DNA of 64,000 nt from Octopus sinensis (lineage: Eukaryota), in contig NC_043018.1 of NCBI RefSeq assembly GCF_006345805.1, forward strand, positions 8,742,001 through 8,806,000. Reading direction: 5' to 3'. The notes under the pieces were generated by a model. The model was not told where the DNA came from. It saw only the letters and a program-made list of their open reading frames with translations, and made no database searches. The position numbers and the translations under genes were made by a program. Each line of letters begins with the position of its first letter. Positions within the stretch are counted from its first letter, which is position 1. Below, in pieces: positions 36,598-50,419 of the stretch.

Positions 36598-38304
36598 ATA
36601 TACACATATATACATACATACACACACACACACACACACGCACACACACATATATAAACACACACACACAAACAAACTGACTCATATATTCACAAATCCC
36701 GGAAGAGTCTTGATTTTAACAAAAAATACTTTGTTATTTTGTTGTCAGTGACCAGTCGGAATTCTGCAAAGAATTTAAATAAATCTAAGAAAATACACGC
36801 ACACACACATACATAATTACACACACACCACACACACACACAAAACATACATACATACATACATGTACATACATTCATATACATACATACTACATACATC
36901 CATACAAAATGCCAGTACTCCACCTCTAAACACACTAATATAACCCAGTAGTCCATCCATCCCTAATCTACCCCCCCCTCCTAACCATTCTACCCCCCAA
37001 CAAAAGAATAAAAGTCATTCCCCTCCTACTCTGACTCTCTCAGAATTCTTGCTTCCTCTTTCATGGCAAACTACAGGACCAACAGGCCACACACACACAC
37101 ATACACACACACACACAAACTTGCACACAGACACACAGACACACACACATACACACATAATCACATATACACCTACCTACATCATACACACATAAACATG
37201 CACACACTCACACACACACACACACATACATACACATACATACACAAACTTGCTCACAGACACACAGACATATACACACTCACACACACACAAGGACACC
37301 CAGGTACACCTACCCCAACTCATACACTCTGGAAGTTTTCCTGGAAGGAGGTGATGTGGGGATAGGGAGGGAGGCGGTGTGGCTGGGCACTCCCTTCTCA
37401 CCTTCACCTCACCCCACTAAGCCTTGTCCAGAAAATAGAGAAGAGAGAATAGAACAGGGTGATGGATTGAGGGCGTCGGTGGTGATGATAGTGATTGTGG
37501 TGGTGGCGGTGGTGGTGATGTTGGTGGTAATTATCATGGTAGTGGTAGTTGTGGTGATAGGGTGTGGAGTGGGTTGGTAGCAGTGGAGGTAGTGATGGTG
37601 AGGGTGGTGGTGGTGGTGGTAGTGGTGTCGGCAGGGGTGGGGGAAAGACCATCAACTGGAATGGTGATGAGGGAGACTGGAACCAGAAATAGCTGTAAAC
37701 AGGGAAACAAAATACTCTTCTTCCTTGCTGCTACCGGCGCCACACCACCACCACCACCACCACCACCACCATTACCACCATTGCAATCACCTCCCCCAAC
37801 ACCACCACCACTACCACTACCACCGAAGTCAACATAGAAGGAACTTCAATGTGGTTGCTCTATCGGATCTGCTAGAAATAGCAACCAAATCTCACTCAAA
37901 TTACATCCAGTCATCTTAAATAAAGAAGGATCTCTCTCTCCCTGGGCCATACTTACAGGCATCATCTATCATGAACACTCCTCCCTCCCAGACTGAGGAT
38001 TCATGAAGTTTTCTTCTCAAAGATACAACAGTTATTTCCTGATTCCTCTGCAGGGACCTGTTCTGCCCTCCTGTTTCATGGTAATCTCCTTATCCCTAAG
38101 CATGAAGTTGACTTCCCATCTCCCCAAGGGCTTAGTGACCCGATAATGTAGGCACCATGAGAAGAAGCATCCGGGGCCACTCTGTAAAGAGGTTGGTGTC
38201 AAGAAGGACATCCATCTGCAGAAGTCATGTCAATACAGACATTGGAGCTTGATGCAGTCCTTGGTCAAACCATCCGACTCATGGCAACATCAGACATGGA
38301 CGTT

Positions 38305-38580
38305 AAATGATGATGATGATGATGGTGATGGTGGTGGTGGTGGTGGTGGTGGTGATGATGATGATGGTAGTGGTGGTGGTGGTGGTGTTGATGATGATGG
38401 TGGTGGTGGTGGAGGTGGTGATGATGATGATGGTGGTGATTGTGGTGGTGATGATGATGGTGGTGATGGTGATGATGATGATGGTGGTGATGGTGGTGGT
38501 GGTGGTGATGGTGGTGGTGGTGATGATGATAGTGGTGGTGATGATGGTGGTGGTGGTGGTGGTGGTGATGATGATTTTAC
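38305..38580. repeat. (GAT)/(GGT) trinucleotide tract
   Basis: Visible; extends a family D tail. Confidence 0.9.
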
Positions 38581-39224
38581 CAGTTTATTTAAACTTTATT
38601 AAACTTTCGCTGCTCTCCCACACTCACCCTTGAGGCACAGGGTCCTATTTAATCCTTTAATATGGGGGACTGGTTCATGTGATGTTAGGTCATGTCCACA
38701 AATTGGTGGGCCTATGTGGCGCATGCAGACTCCGTACCTTAGTCACATGACAACTTTTTGCTATTTGATCCATTACTGTGAACCCTTGACGATTACTACC
38801 ATCCTGGTCCAGAGTGGACCTGGGATTTGTGGCGACTGAAGAGTAAATCCCTACACCCCAAACACCTGAACTCTCATTGCAGTTTAATCTCTCACCCACA
38901 AAGAAAAGAAAGAACACAGTGTGCAGTTTAGTCAATCATCATCAGTTTTTACATCTTCTTTTCTGTGCTGTCATGGGTTAGATGATACTCTTTCAGGCAG
39001 GGTTTTACAACCAGTTGACCTTCATGATAACAATACCTTTTAATCATTTTTCACAGTATGTAGGTATACAGTGTCTCCTTCTCTTAGGTTGGCCCAAGGC
39101 TATAGTAGAAGACACTTGCCCAAGGTGCCACGCAGTGGGACTGAACCCGGAACTATGTGGTTCGTAAGCAAGCTACTTACCGCACAGCCACTCCTATGCT
39201 TTGTATATTTTTAGAATGACATTG

Positions 39225-39314
39225 AAGGGTAGGTGTGATAGGCTGGATATGGCTGGTTTGAATGTAAAAAATAGGATATTCTGGCCAGGTATGGCCTGTT
39301 TAAATGCTAAAGGG
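39225..39314 (-). mobile_element. piggyBac-like terminal fragment
   Basis: AAAGGG|TTAA end; homologous to the end starting at 43077 (TTAA|CCCTTTAG..TTTAAAC.GGCCATA). Confidence 0.5.
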
Positions 39315-39549
39315 TTAAGTTCCAAACACCAGTTTAACAATGGTTTTAGATTTTGGCGCAAGGCAAGTAAGTTCGGGGCATTGGAATGTTATATTGACCT
39401 CAGTGTTCAGCCAGTACTTATTTTATCAACCCTGAAAGGATAGAGGGCAAAGTTGACCTTGGCAGAATTTGAACTCAAAGCATAAAGATGAACAAACTAC
39501 CACTAAACATTTGGCCTGTTAACTATTTGACCAGCTTGCTGCCTTACTA

Positions 39550-39757
39550 TTTTACTTGTTTCAGTCATTTGACTGTGGCCATGCTCCAGCATGGCCACAG
39601 TCGAGCAAATCAACCCCGGGACTTATTCTTTGTAAGCCTAGTACTTATTCTATTGGTCTCTTTTGCCGAACCGCTAAGTTACGGGGATGTAAACATACCA
39701 GCATCAGTTGTTAAGCGATCTTGGGGGTCAAACACAGATGCACAAACATATACACAC

Positions 39758-39788
<31 letters not shown>

Positions 39789-39951
39789 CGATGGGCTTCA
39801 TCCAGTTTCCGTCTACCAAATCCACTCCCAAGGCTTTGGTTGGCCCGAGGCTATAGTAGAAGACACTTGCCCAAGGTGCCATGCAGTGGGACTGAACCCG
39901 GAACCATATGTTTGGTAAACAAGCTACTTACCACACAGCCACTCCTACGCC
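39550..39951 (-). mobile_element. SINE family A (full length)
   Basis: Reverse complement of family A. Confidence 0.85.
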
Positions 39952-40279
39952 TTAATAATAATTTAAAAATAACAAAGTTGTTTCGCTAAATTCTTCGTTA
40001 TTATCCTAATTAATAGAAACAAAAGCAGTGAATTTCAGCAGAAATGTGGTAACAAAAGGGTTAAAGCATATGATACCTTCGACTACAGTAACACAAGTAT
40101 TTAAAGTGGGTATCCCTGTGTGATTGGTCTACACTCCCTTTGCACTCCATGCTTTATATAGTGGTGGTGGTGGTCATGGCTGGAATGACTTTATTAATAG
40201 GTCTGTTCTGTCATGTCTGACTTGGAACTAAACATCATCATCATCATCACCAGCCTGCAGAACAATGTCATTGCCACCT

Positions 40280-40480
40280 TCCTCCTCCTCCCCTCCTCCT
40301 CCTCCTCCTCCTCTTCTTCTTCTTCTTCTTCTTCTTCTTCTTCTTCTCCTTCTTCTTCTTCTTCCTCCTCCTCCTCCTCCTCCTCTTCTTCCTCCTCCTC
40401 CTCTTCTGCTGCATCCTCTCCCCCCACCTCATCCTCCTCCTCCTTGTCATCATCAACATCATCATCATCTTTGTCACCAT
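40280..40480. repeat. (CCT)/(CTT)/(CAT) trinucleotide tract
   Basis: Visible. Confidence 0.9.
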
Positions 40481-40840
40481 GATCATGATCTTACCCCTTC
40501 TCTTCCTCCTATTAATCATCAACAACAACAACAACAATCATCATCAACCAACAAATTTATTTGTTTTCCTCTTAATTATTGTTTGTATTTTCTTGAGGTG
40601 GGGGGGTTTGGATTTAGGGGGGGTGGTTGGTAAGTGTGAGGTGTAGTTTACTGTGGAGCCCTTGTAGTAGCAGGACGTGGGAGTGGAGGCGCATTCATTT
40701 GATCCCAAATAAGACAGTAATCCCTTAATATCTTCTTCACTCTACTTCAAAGTTAACAACTTTTAGAAGAAAATGAAATAAAAAAAACATCACCACCATC
40801 ACCGCTGCCACCACCACCACCAGTATCATTGTCATAATCA

Positions 40841-41066
40841 CCACCACCGCTGCCGCCACCACCACCGCTGCCGCCACCACCACCGCTGCCGCCACCACCA
40901 CGCTGCCGCCACCACCACCGCTGCCGCCACCACCACCGCTGCCGCCACCACCACCGCTGCCGCCACCACCACCGCTGCCGCCACCACCACCGCTGCCGCC
41001 ACCACCACCGCTGCCGCCACCACCACCGCTGCCGCCACCACCACCGCTGCCGCCACCACCACCGCT
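40841..41066. repeat. 18-bp minisatellite CCACCACCACCGCTGCCG, about 12 copies
   Basis: Near-perfect tandem units; reads (GGGGGS)n on the minus strand. Confidence 0.9.
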
Positions 41067-41739
41067 GCTGCCACTACCGCCACCACCACCGCTGCCGCTG
41101 CCACCACCTCCACCACTGCCGCCTCCACCACCATCGTCACCACCACCACCACCGCCACTACTGCCTCCACCACCTTCGTCACCACCACCGTCATCACCAC
41201 CGCCGCAGCCACCACCGTCGTCAACACCACCACCACCATTACAATAACCATCATTACCACCATCATCATTATTACCGATCCACACCCCCCACAGCTACCC
41301 CTACTGCTTCTCCCCCAGCACTGCCCCACCACCATCACTACTCTAACCCTAACCTCTTCCAATTCAACAAACTAGAGTTTCTGGTAATATTTGCTCAGAC
41401 AAAATATTATATCAAATGACCCTTTTTATCATTGTTGGTGTGTCTATATATCTATATGCATGTGTGTTTGTATGTACATGTATGTGTTTATAGGCATGTT
41501 AATATGTGTATGCATGTATTCATGTATGCGTGTATGCATGTGTGGTTGTGTAGATGAGTGAGTTGCAATCAGTAGACATCCCCCTCTCCTCTCCCAGTAC
41601 AAATATATATGTATGCATAAGCACAGGAACACAAATGCAAAGTCACATCACAGATATTGTACACACATACACATACATATGCAAATACATGTATGTAAGT
41701 ATCTATTTATGTGTCTGTGTAAATATATATATATATATA

Positions 41740-42340
41740 TCATCATCATCATCATCATCGTTTAACATCCGCTTTCCATGCTAGCATGGGTTGGACGAGT
41801 GACTGAGGGCTGGTGAAACAGATGGCTGCACCAGGCTCCTATCTTGATTTGGCAGAGTTTCTACAGCTGGATGCCCTTCCTAACACCAACCACTCTGAGA
41901 GTGTAGTGGGTGCTTTTTACGTGCCACCGACACAGGTGCCAGATGAGGCTGGCAAACAGCCATGATCAGATGCATTAAGAGGTACGTGTTTCCAAATGCT
42001 GATATAGCAGGTGGTACTGGCAACGACCTCGCTCGAATCTTTTTACAAATGCCAGTAAGGCGACGTTAACAATCACGCTCGAATGGTGCCCTTTTACATG
42101 CCACCGGCACGGAAGCCGGTTAGCCGCTCTGTCAACAGTCACGCTCAGATGGTGCTCTTAGCACCCTACTAGCACGGGGCACAAGTGCCAGTAAGGTGAT
42201 GCTGGTAATGATCACACTCGAATGGTGCCTTTTATGTGCCACTGACACAGAAGCTGGTTAGCTGCTCTGTCAATGATCATGCTCGTATGGTGCTCTTTGC
42301 ACCCTGCTAGTAAGGATGCCAGTCATCAAATGTGATTTTG
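41740..42340 (-). mobile_element. Long family D repeat with duplicated internal ~135-bp modules
   Basis: GCCAGTAAGG...ATCAC.CTCGAATGGTGCC module twice (~42051-42185, ~42187-42320). Confidence 0.75.
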
Positions 42341-42771
42341 ATTTATATATATATATATATAAGCAAAAATGCTAGTTCTAAAATCTTTCTATGAAATCAA
42401 CGCAGTAGTTGTATTAACAAGTATTATTCGCAGACACTTCAACATGGCTGTTTGTTTGAACGGACTCTACTGCGATTTTTGCAACCCCACGAGGACATTT
42501 CCTCTAACTGGTTAACGATGTAGAGCTGCATCCAATAAATTGTGAGCAAGGGACCAAACCCCTACATAAAAATGCTACAAAAATTGACACACAAATATGT
42601 ACCTATATACGACAGGCTTCTTTCAGTTTCCATCAACCAAATCCACTCACAAGGCTTTGGCCAGCCTGAAGCTATAGCAGAAGACACTTGCCCAAGGTGT
42701 CACGCACTGGGACTGAACCTGGAACCATGTGGTTGGGAAGCAAGCTACTTACCACACAGCCACTCCTGCAC

Positions 42772-42812
<41 letters not shown>

Positions 42813-43076
42813 GACATATATACATATACATATACATATACATATATACAACAGGCTACTTTCAGTTTCCGTCTAACAAATCCACTCTCAAGGCTTTGGT
42901 CGGCCTGAGGCTATAGTAGAAGACACTTACTTGCCCAAGGTGCTACAGAGTTGGACTGAACCCAGAACCATGTAGTTTGAAAGCAAGCTTCTTACCACAC
43001 AGCCATGCTTGTGCTTACCACACAGCCATGCTTGTGCCTTACCACACAGCCATAAGTAATGTCTGTCGCTATTTAA

Positions 43077-43280
43077 CCCTTTAGTGTTTAAACCGGCCAT
43101 ATCTGGCTCAAATATTCTAATTTATGTTTAAATTGGCCAGATCTAGCCTCACATACCTACCTTTCAGTGTCATTTTTAAAATAGACAACCACCTCATTGA
43201 TATCTCAAAGCTAGAAGATAATGTGAGATTAATTCAAAACAATGTGAATAAATAAACATTCTCTTGACAGAATAATCTGT
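43077..43280 (+). mobile_element. piggyBac-like terminal fragment
   Basis: TTAA|CCCTTT start; homologous to 39225-39314. Confidence 0.5.
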
Positions 43281-43518
43281 GTCAAACGTGACTGTTCTGT
43301 AGGAACCAACATTGTTGTTATTTTTAACCCCAGGAGGATGCCTTCTTTACCTAGTTATTTGGTCTAATCTGCCTCGATATTATATTGCATGCAGGAAAGT
43401 GAACCCCTGCCATCTTCTAGCCATGAGACCACCTGACCATATAGTTTCAACATCTTTGTGGTCATCCTCAGTGGTGGATACTCACTTGCTAGAGATGAAT
43501 TCTTTATTACATCATCTT

Positions 43519-43901
43519 GGAGGCGCAATGGCCCAGTGGTTAGGGCAGCGGACTCGCGGTCATAGGATCGCGGTTTCGATTCCCAGACCGGGCGTTGTGA
43601 GTGTTTATTGAGCGAAAACACCTAAAAGCTCCACGAGGCTCCAGCAGGGGATGGTGGTGATCCCTGCTGTACTCTTTCACCACAACTTTCTCTCACTCTT
43701 ACTTCCTGCTTCTGTTGTACCTGTATTTCAAGGGGCCAGCCTTGTCACTCTCTGTGTCACGCTGAATATCCCCGAGAACTACATTAAGGGTGCACATGTC
43801 TGTGGAGTGCTCAGCCACTTACACGTTAATTTCACGAGCAGGCTGTTCCGTTGATTCGGATCAACCGGAACCCTCATCGTCGTAACCGACGGAGTGCTTC
43901 C
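43519..43901 (+). mobile_element. SINE family C (head H1, tail T1)
   Basis: TGGCCCAGTGG / GGTTTCGATTCC boxes; ~13-bp TSD ATTACATCATC(T/A)T. Confidence 0.85.
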
Positions 43902-44491
43902 ATTACATCATCATTGTTTAACGTCTGCTTTCCATGCTAGCATGGGTTGGACGATTTGACTGAGGACTGGCAAACCAGATGGCTGCACCAGACTCCAATC
44001 TCATCTGGCAGAGTTTCTACAGCTTGATGCCCTTCTTAATGCCAACCACTCATGAGTGTAGTGGGTGCTTTTACATTCCACCAGCATGAGTGCCAGTCAG
44101 GTGGTACTGTCAACGGCCACACTCAAATGGTGTTTTTACGTGCCACCAGCACAGGAGCCAATCCTGTGGCACTGGCAACGACCTCGCTCGAATGTTTTCA
44201 TTTTTCATGAAATTTTGCAGACATAGATCTCCGATGGAGTAGATTACAATTAGGTTGATAAAATTTTGAAAAAAGTAGTAACACATATTCATTGCAAATA
44301 TGCAAATGAGAAAAACATGTTTTTGCGAATTTTATTTTAAAGTAAAAAATATTTTTCCTTTGAAAATAAATATTCATTTCAACATTTCGTATAAGCACCG
44401 AGAAATTTGATAAAATTGGAATTATAATTATTGTATCTCTGCCATATTGTCTGATGTTAGACATGGTGGTAAAAGAATATTTCCAACAGCC

Positions 44492-44529
<38 letters not shown>

Positions 44530-45289
44530 ATCATCATCATCATCATCATCATCATTTAACATCCATTGACCATGCTGGCATGGGTTGGATGGTTTGACCA
44601 GGGCTGGCACGCTGGAAGGATGTATCAGACTCTAGCCTGATTTGGCATGGTTTCTATAGCTGGTGTGTGTGTGTGTGTGTGTGTGTGTGTGCACGTGCGT
44701 TCGTGTATGTGCGTGTGTACATGTGTGAGGGTTTATATATATATATATAGGTATATGTATCATTATATGTGTATGGAAAGCAGGTGCTGAAATATACAAA
44801 CCATGCACCCAGCTGTTCAACCACCTCCACCTCCTCCACACACACATACACACACATATATATATAAATTTGTAGTGTGATATAGGGATTCATACAATCA
44901 TGAAGCTATCATGGAAAGCTCCTCTGGTGGACCCGGCTAGCAGACCACATAGTAATCCAATATGGAGGAGTATAATATAGAGCTCTATGCAGCTGAAATC
45001 CAGGAGATCCAGTCTATGAAATTATTTCATAAGGATTATATGAACCATAAAAAGTCAGGAGGTATGAGAGATGAACATATTTATTTAACCACTAGATATC
45101 CAGAGGATTCTGGCTGTTTTGCAGCCTTCATCATGTAATAATAGTTTTAATGTATAATGAATCACTTTATATGTCTGCACTAATATGCATGCCATGCATT
45201 GTATATTCACAAATCAATTCAGATATAGAAGGCTAGCTCTTCAGATCACCAGAACGTCAATGGTTACATCAATGCTTCAATTCTACTCA

Positions 45290-45706
45290 TTACTCATTTA
45301 CTCATTTACTTGTTTCAGTCATTTGATTGTGGCCATGCTGGAGCACCGCCTTTAGTCGAGCAAATTTACCCCAGGACTTATTCTTTGTAAGCCTAGTACT
45401 TATTCTATTGGTCTCTTTTGCTGAACCGCTAAGTTATGGGGACGTAAACACACCATCGATCATCAAGCAACGTTGGGGGGACAAACGCAGACACACAAAC
45501 ACACACACACACGCACACATATATACATATACATATACATATATACAACAGGCTTCTTTCAGTTTCCGTCTACCAAATCCACTCACAAGGCTTTAGTCAG
45601 CCAGAGGCTATAGTAGAAGACACTTGCCCAAGGTGCCATGCAGTGGGACTGAACCCGGCACCATGTGGTTGGTAAACAAGCTACTTACTACACAGCCACT
45701 CCTGCC
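45290..45706 (-). mobile_element. SINE family A (full length)
   Basis: Reverse complement of family A. Confidence 0.85.
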
Positions 45707-46360
45707 ACTTCTGTATAAATAGAAAGAAAATTTTATATACACAATATATAGAAGACTGATACGAGATAAACTTAGCTTGCTATGGTCATGAAAAAAATCA
45801 TTAATTATAATAAATATATTTTTTAATGACTATATTCATTATTACTTATATTAAAATTAAAGTGGTGAAATGCAGAATTGTGAGAGCATCAGAAGAAATT
45901 GCCTTGCAATATCTCTTGTGGCTCATTATGATCCGGTTTCTAATCTTGTTGATGTTAGCTAAGCCTTCATCCCCTTTGGATTAATAAAATGGAATAAAAT
46001 ATAAGTTAGGTATTGAGTTTGATGTTATTGACTAACTCCACCCCACTCAAAGTTGCTGGCTTTGCGTCAAAGAAAGAAACAAGGATGCAAAAACGAAAGA
46101 CAACATGTATCTGAGAAAGTCAGAGATGCATAGGATCATCATCATCATCATCGTTTAGCGTCCGTTTTCCATGCTAGCATGGGTTGGACGGTTCTACTGG
46201 GGTCTGTGAAGCCAGAAGGCTTCATCAGGCCCAGTCAAATCTGGCAGTGTTTCTACAGCTGGATGCCCTTCCTAACGCCAACCACTCCGTGAGTGTAGTG
46301 GGTGCTTTTTACGTGCCACCCGCACAGGTGCCAGACAGATAAAAATAATAATGAAAATAG

Positions 46361-46522
46361 GAATTTAATTAAATTAGAACAGATGGACACATAAATATAA
46401 TTATACCTAAAATCTCCAAGATGTTAAGGAGATGGACAAAGAACATGCTGGCTTCACTCCAGCATGGAGATTTTAGGTATAATTATACTTGTGTGTCCAT
46501 CTGTTCTAATTTAATTAAATTC
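46361..46522. repeat. 58-bp inverted repeat with 46-bp spacer (MITE-like hairpin)
   Basis: Arms 46361-46418 and 46465-46522 match at 56 of 58 positions. Confidence 0.85.
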
Positions 46523-46889
46523 TATGTCTTTGTGCAGCTTCATTCATGAGGATGTATTCTTGTATTTGTCTGAGTGTTGGGTCCTGACTGGAATAGGATA
46601 CAGAGAGTTTGTGACAAAGCAAACAGGGTGAACACATGGTACAAGGCCGACAAATATGAAGGAATGATCTTTGTAGAGGCCATGGAGAACTGACCTGAAG
46701 ATTTGGGAAAGCTCTGAAGGAGGCCAAACTCAACATTAAGATCGTTGAAAAGCCAGGGAGCTTCATCAGATTACAATTTAAGCCTGGTATTTACTCTATC
46801 ACTCTCTTTTCGTCTGACTGCTAAGTTACAGAGATGTGAACAAATTGACACTGATTATCAAGTGATGGGGAGACAAACATAAAGACAAA

Positions 46890-47085
46890 TATGCACACAG
46901 ACACACACACACACAGACACACACACACACACACAGACACACACACACACACACAGACACACACACACACACAGACAGACACACACACACAGACACACAC
47001 ACACACACACGCACATGCACACACACACACACACAAACACACACATACACACACACAGGGACACACACACACACAGACACACACT

Positions 47086-47120
<35 letters not shown>

Positions 47121-47161
47121 ACATACACACACACAGGGACACACACACACACAGACACACA

Positions 47162-47213
<52 letters not shown>

Positions 47214-47220
47214 CACACAG
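46890..47220. repeat. Compound (AC)n microsatellite with an ~76-bp internal duplication
   Basis: ACAAACACACACATACACACACACAGGGAC block occurs twice. Confidence 0.85.
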
Positions 47221-47548
47221 AGCCATCGTTCAGTCTAACAAGTTCACTCACAAGGCTTTGGTTGGCCTGCAGTTTTAGTAAGATACTTGTTGAAGGTGTC
47301 ACATAGAAGGATTGAACCTGGCACCATGTGGTCGGGAAACAAACCTCTTACTGAACATTATTTTATAAATCCCCATCGTTGTTTTAACACTCACCTTTCT
47401 GCTTGCGTGGGTCTGACAGAATTCATTGATACAGATTTTCTACAACCAGATGGCCTTTCCGTCACCAACCCTCACCTGTTTCCAGGCAAATTAATATTTC
47501 CCCATGACCAGACATGTTTTCTCAGAAGATGGAAACAAAGAATATCAA

Positions 47549-47960
47549 TTTCTTTACTACCCACAAGGGGCTAAACACAGAGATGACAAACAAGGACAGA
47601 CAAATGGATTAAATCGATTAGATCGACCCCAGTGCATAACTGGTACTTATTTAATTGACGCTGAAAGGATGAAAGGCAAAGTCGACCTCGGCGGAATTTG
47701 AACTCAGAACGTAAAGACAGATGAAATACCTATTTCTTTACTACCCAAAAGGGGCTAAACACAGAGAGGACAAACAAGGACAGACAAACGGATTAATCGA
47801 TTATATCGACCCCAGTGCGTAACTGGTACTTATTTAATCGACCCTGAAAGGATGAAAGGCAAAGTCGACCTTGGCGGAATTTGAACTCAGAACGTAAAGA
47901 CAGACGAAATATGGCTACACATTTCGCCCGGTGTGCTAACGTTTCTGCCAGCTCACCGCC
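47549..47960 (-). mobile_element. SINE family B with a tandem duplication of its 3' ~185 bp
   Basis: Units ~47549-47728 and ~47733-47910, followed by a single head to ~47960. Confidence 0.85.
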
Positions 47961-48045
47961 TTTTTTATAAATCAGAATACCACTTGTAAAGTGATAATGT
48001 TTGTTTAAAACTATCACACAATGACAAGACAAAGTGCCACAAACA

Positions 48046-48077
<32 letters not shown>

Positions 48078-48404
48078 GCACACACACACACACACTTCCA
48101 CACACTCGTACACACATATATGTATACATACATACACATTTATGATGGGCTTCTTTCAGTTTCCACCAACTAAATCCATCCATTGATTAGCTTGGGGCCA
48201 TAGTAGAAGACACTTGCCCAAGATATTACGTAGTGGGACTGGACCTTAATTCTTTAACTGTGAAATTAAATTTCCTTGTTATTCCAGTAATGGACTTAAA
48301 AATCTACCAAAGAATAGAATTGGTATTTTCTGGAAACCACGTCACCTTAACAAACTTGACATATCTTGATAAAAAAAATATGACATTTCTCAACAACATA
48401 GGCA

Positions 48405-48785
48405 CAGGAGTGGCTGTGTGGTAAGTAGCTTGCTTACGAACCACATGGTTCTGGGTTCAGTCCCACTGCGTGGCACCTTGGGGAAGTGACTTCTACTATA
48501 GCCTCAGGCCGACCAAAGCTTTGTGAGAGGATTTGGTAGACTGAAACTGAAAGAAGCCTGTCGTATATATGTATATATATATATCACGTGATCATGTGAC
48601 CGACCAGACAATCAGATGTTGTTACACATCGCTGGTCACAATGCGCTTCGCATTGTTTTAGCCTTCAAATGACGCCACCCCACTGGCTAAGCGAGCAGGC
48701 CAACAGAAGAAAGAGTGAGAGAAAGTTGTGGTCAAAGAGTACAGCAGGGATCGCCACCCCACCTGCCGGAGCCTCTTGGAGCTTT

Positions 48786-48822
<37 letters not shown>

Positions 48823-49040
48823 GTGTATGTGTGTGTGTGTCTGTGCTTGTCCCCCCAACATCGCTTGATAACCGATGCTGGTGTGTTTATGTCCCCATAA
48901 CTTAGTGGTTTGACAAAAGAGACCGATAGGATAAGTACTAGGCTTACAAAAAATAAGTCCTGGGGTCGATTTGCTCGACTAAAAGGCGGTGCTCCAGCAT
49001 GGCCACAGTCAAATGACTGAAACAAGTTAAAGAGTAAAAG
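48405..49040 (+). mobile_element. SINE family A interrupted by an inverted family C 3' fragment (~48570-48785)
   Basis: A head 48405-48565 and A body 48790-49040; the insert matches tail T2 in reverse. Confidence 0.75.
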
Positions 49041-49469
49041 ACAGACTGATATAGAAAACTGCTTTCTGCAGTTAAGGGCAATGAAATTTTGCAAGGATTT
49101 ATCTTGATTTCTGCAGTAAACGGATTAAATTGCATGGCTTTGAAGTGGATTTCTTAATCAGTTGGCAATCCCTGCAATTATACGAGAAAGTCACAAAAGA
49201 AAAGAACTGTTGTCTTGGGTCAATCAAAGAATTCCATCATGAATCTGAGACTTCTGTGACTGTAAAAAACATTCCCAAACTGGGCAGAGAATCAGTTAAA
49301 ACTAATTCTCCGCAGCTTCCAGAAAATATTGTGAGTCATGAATTTTATCAAGAAAAGAATGGTTCTAATCTTATTTTCTTTGGGATTTCAGCCACCCATT
49401 GCCAACAAAGAAATTGCTCAATTGGCCTTTTTCCTTTTTTTTCTTTATATTTTACATTTACATTTCTAC

Positions 49470-49474
49470 AACCT

Positions 49475-49545
<71 letters not shown>

Positions 49546-50230
49546 CATCATTGTTGTTGTTGTTGTTGTTGTTGTTATTTCCTTCTTTGAATCATTCCAT
49601 TTAATGTAAATCTCCAACATTTATGTCTTTGTATTGTTCCTCCTCATTCTTTACTCTTTTAGCAAATAAAAGAAATCATCATCATCATCACCATCACCAT
49701 TAATATCATCGTCATCTATGTCATGATCATCATCATCATCACGATCATCATCATGATCATCATCGTCACCATCATCATTGTCGAAATCATCATCATCATT
49801 GTCATCGTTGTCGTCACCATCATCGTCATCGTCATCATCGTTGTCGTCGTCGTCGTCATCATCATCATCATCATCATCACCATTCTCCTCCTCCTCCTCC
49901 TCAGCTGTCGTCATCATTGTCATCACCACCACCATCATTGTCAACATCATCACGACCACCATCGTCGTCGTCGTCGTCATCATTGTCGTTGACAGTATCA
50001 TCATCATCATTGTATCATCATCGTCGTTGTCATCGTCGTCATCATCATCATCATCATCATCACCATCGCCATCATATACGATCACCATCATTGTCATCAT
50101 CATCATCATCATCGTCATCATCATCATCATTATTGCCATCATCATTGTCATCATCATCATCATCGTTGTTGTCATCATCATTATCCTCACCATCATCGTC
50201 ATTCTCATCGTCATCATCATCGTCATCACC
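49470..50230. repeat. (TAT)/(TGT) and (CAT)/(CGT) trinucleotide arrays
   Basis: Visible; source of the poly-D/M/I/S pseudo-ORFs. Confidence 0.9.
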
Positions 50231-50419
50231 ACCCTTCTGCTCCCACCCCTCTCACCCTTCCCAAGTTCCCAAGTTCCCTTTTCCCTTTTCCCTTTTCCCT
50301 GCTGATATTAACTGCAGATGCTGCAACTGGTTTGATAAGCAAAAAACTTTTTATTCAAGATAAGAAATAGGTTTTTTTATATTTTTCAAATTAAGCAGAA
50401 AGAGACTTGGTTTTTATGT

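Noticed and set aside
36745-36790. TGTCAGTGACCAG resembling the G3-C8 core at 63 kb
   Set aside because: No closing stem II, GAAA or stem I partner
45090-45140. Minus-strand AUGAUGA-A-GGCUG(CAAAA)CAGCC-AGAA motif
   Set aside because: Stem II is good, but the A3/G8 pair fails, GAAA is broken and stem I does not pair
49060-49420. Non-repetitive stretch with ORF 49130-49609 and a GTGAGT donor-like site at 49331
   Set aside because: No recognisable domain, weak acceptor, and the ORF length is inflated by a (TAT)n tract
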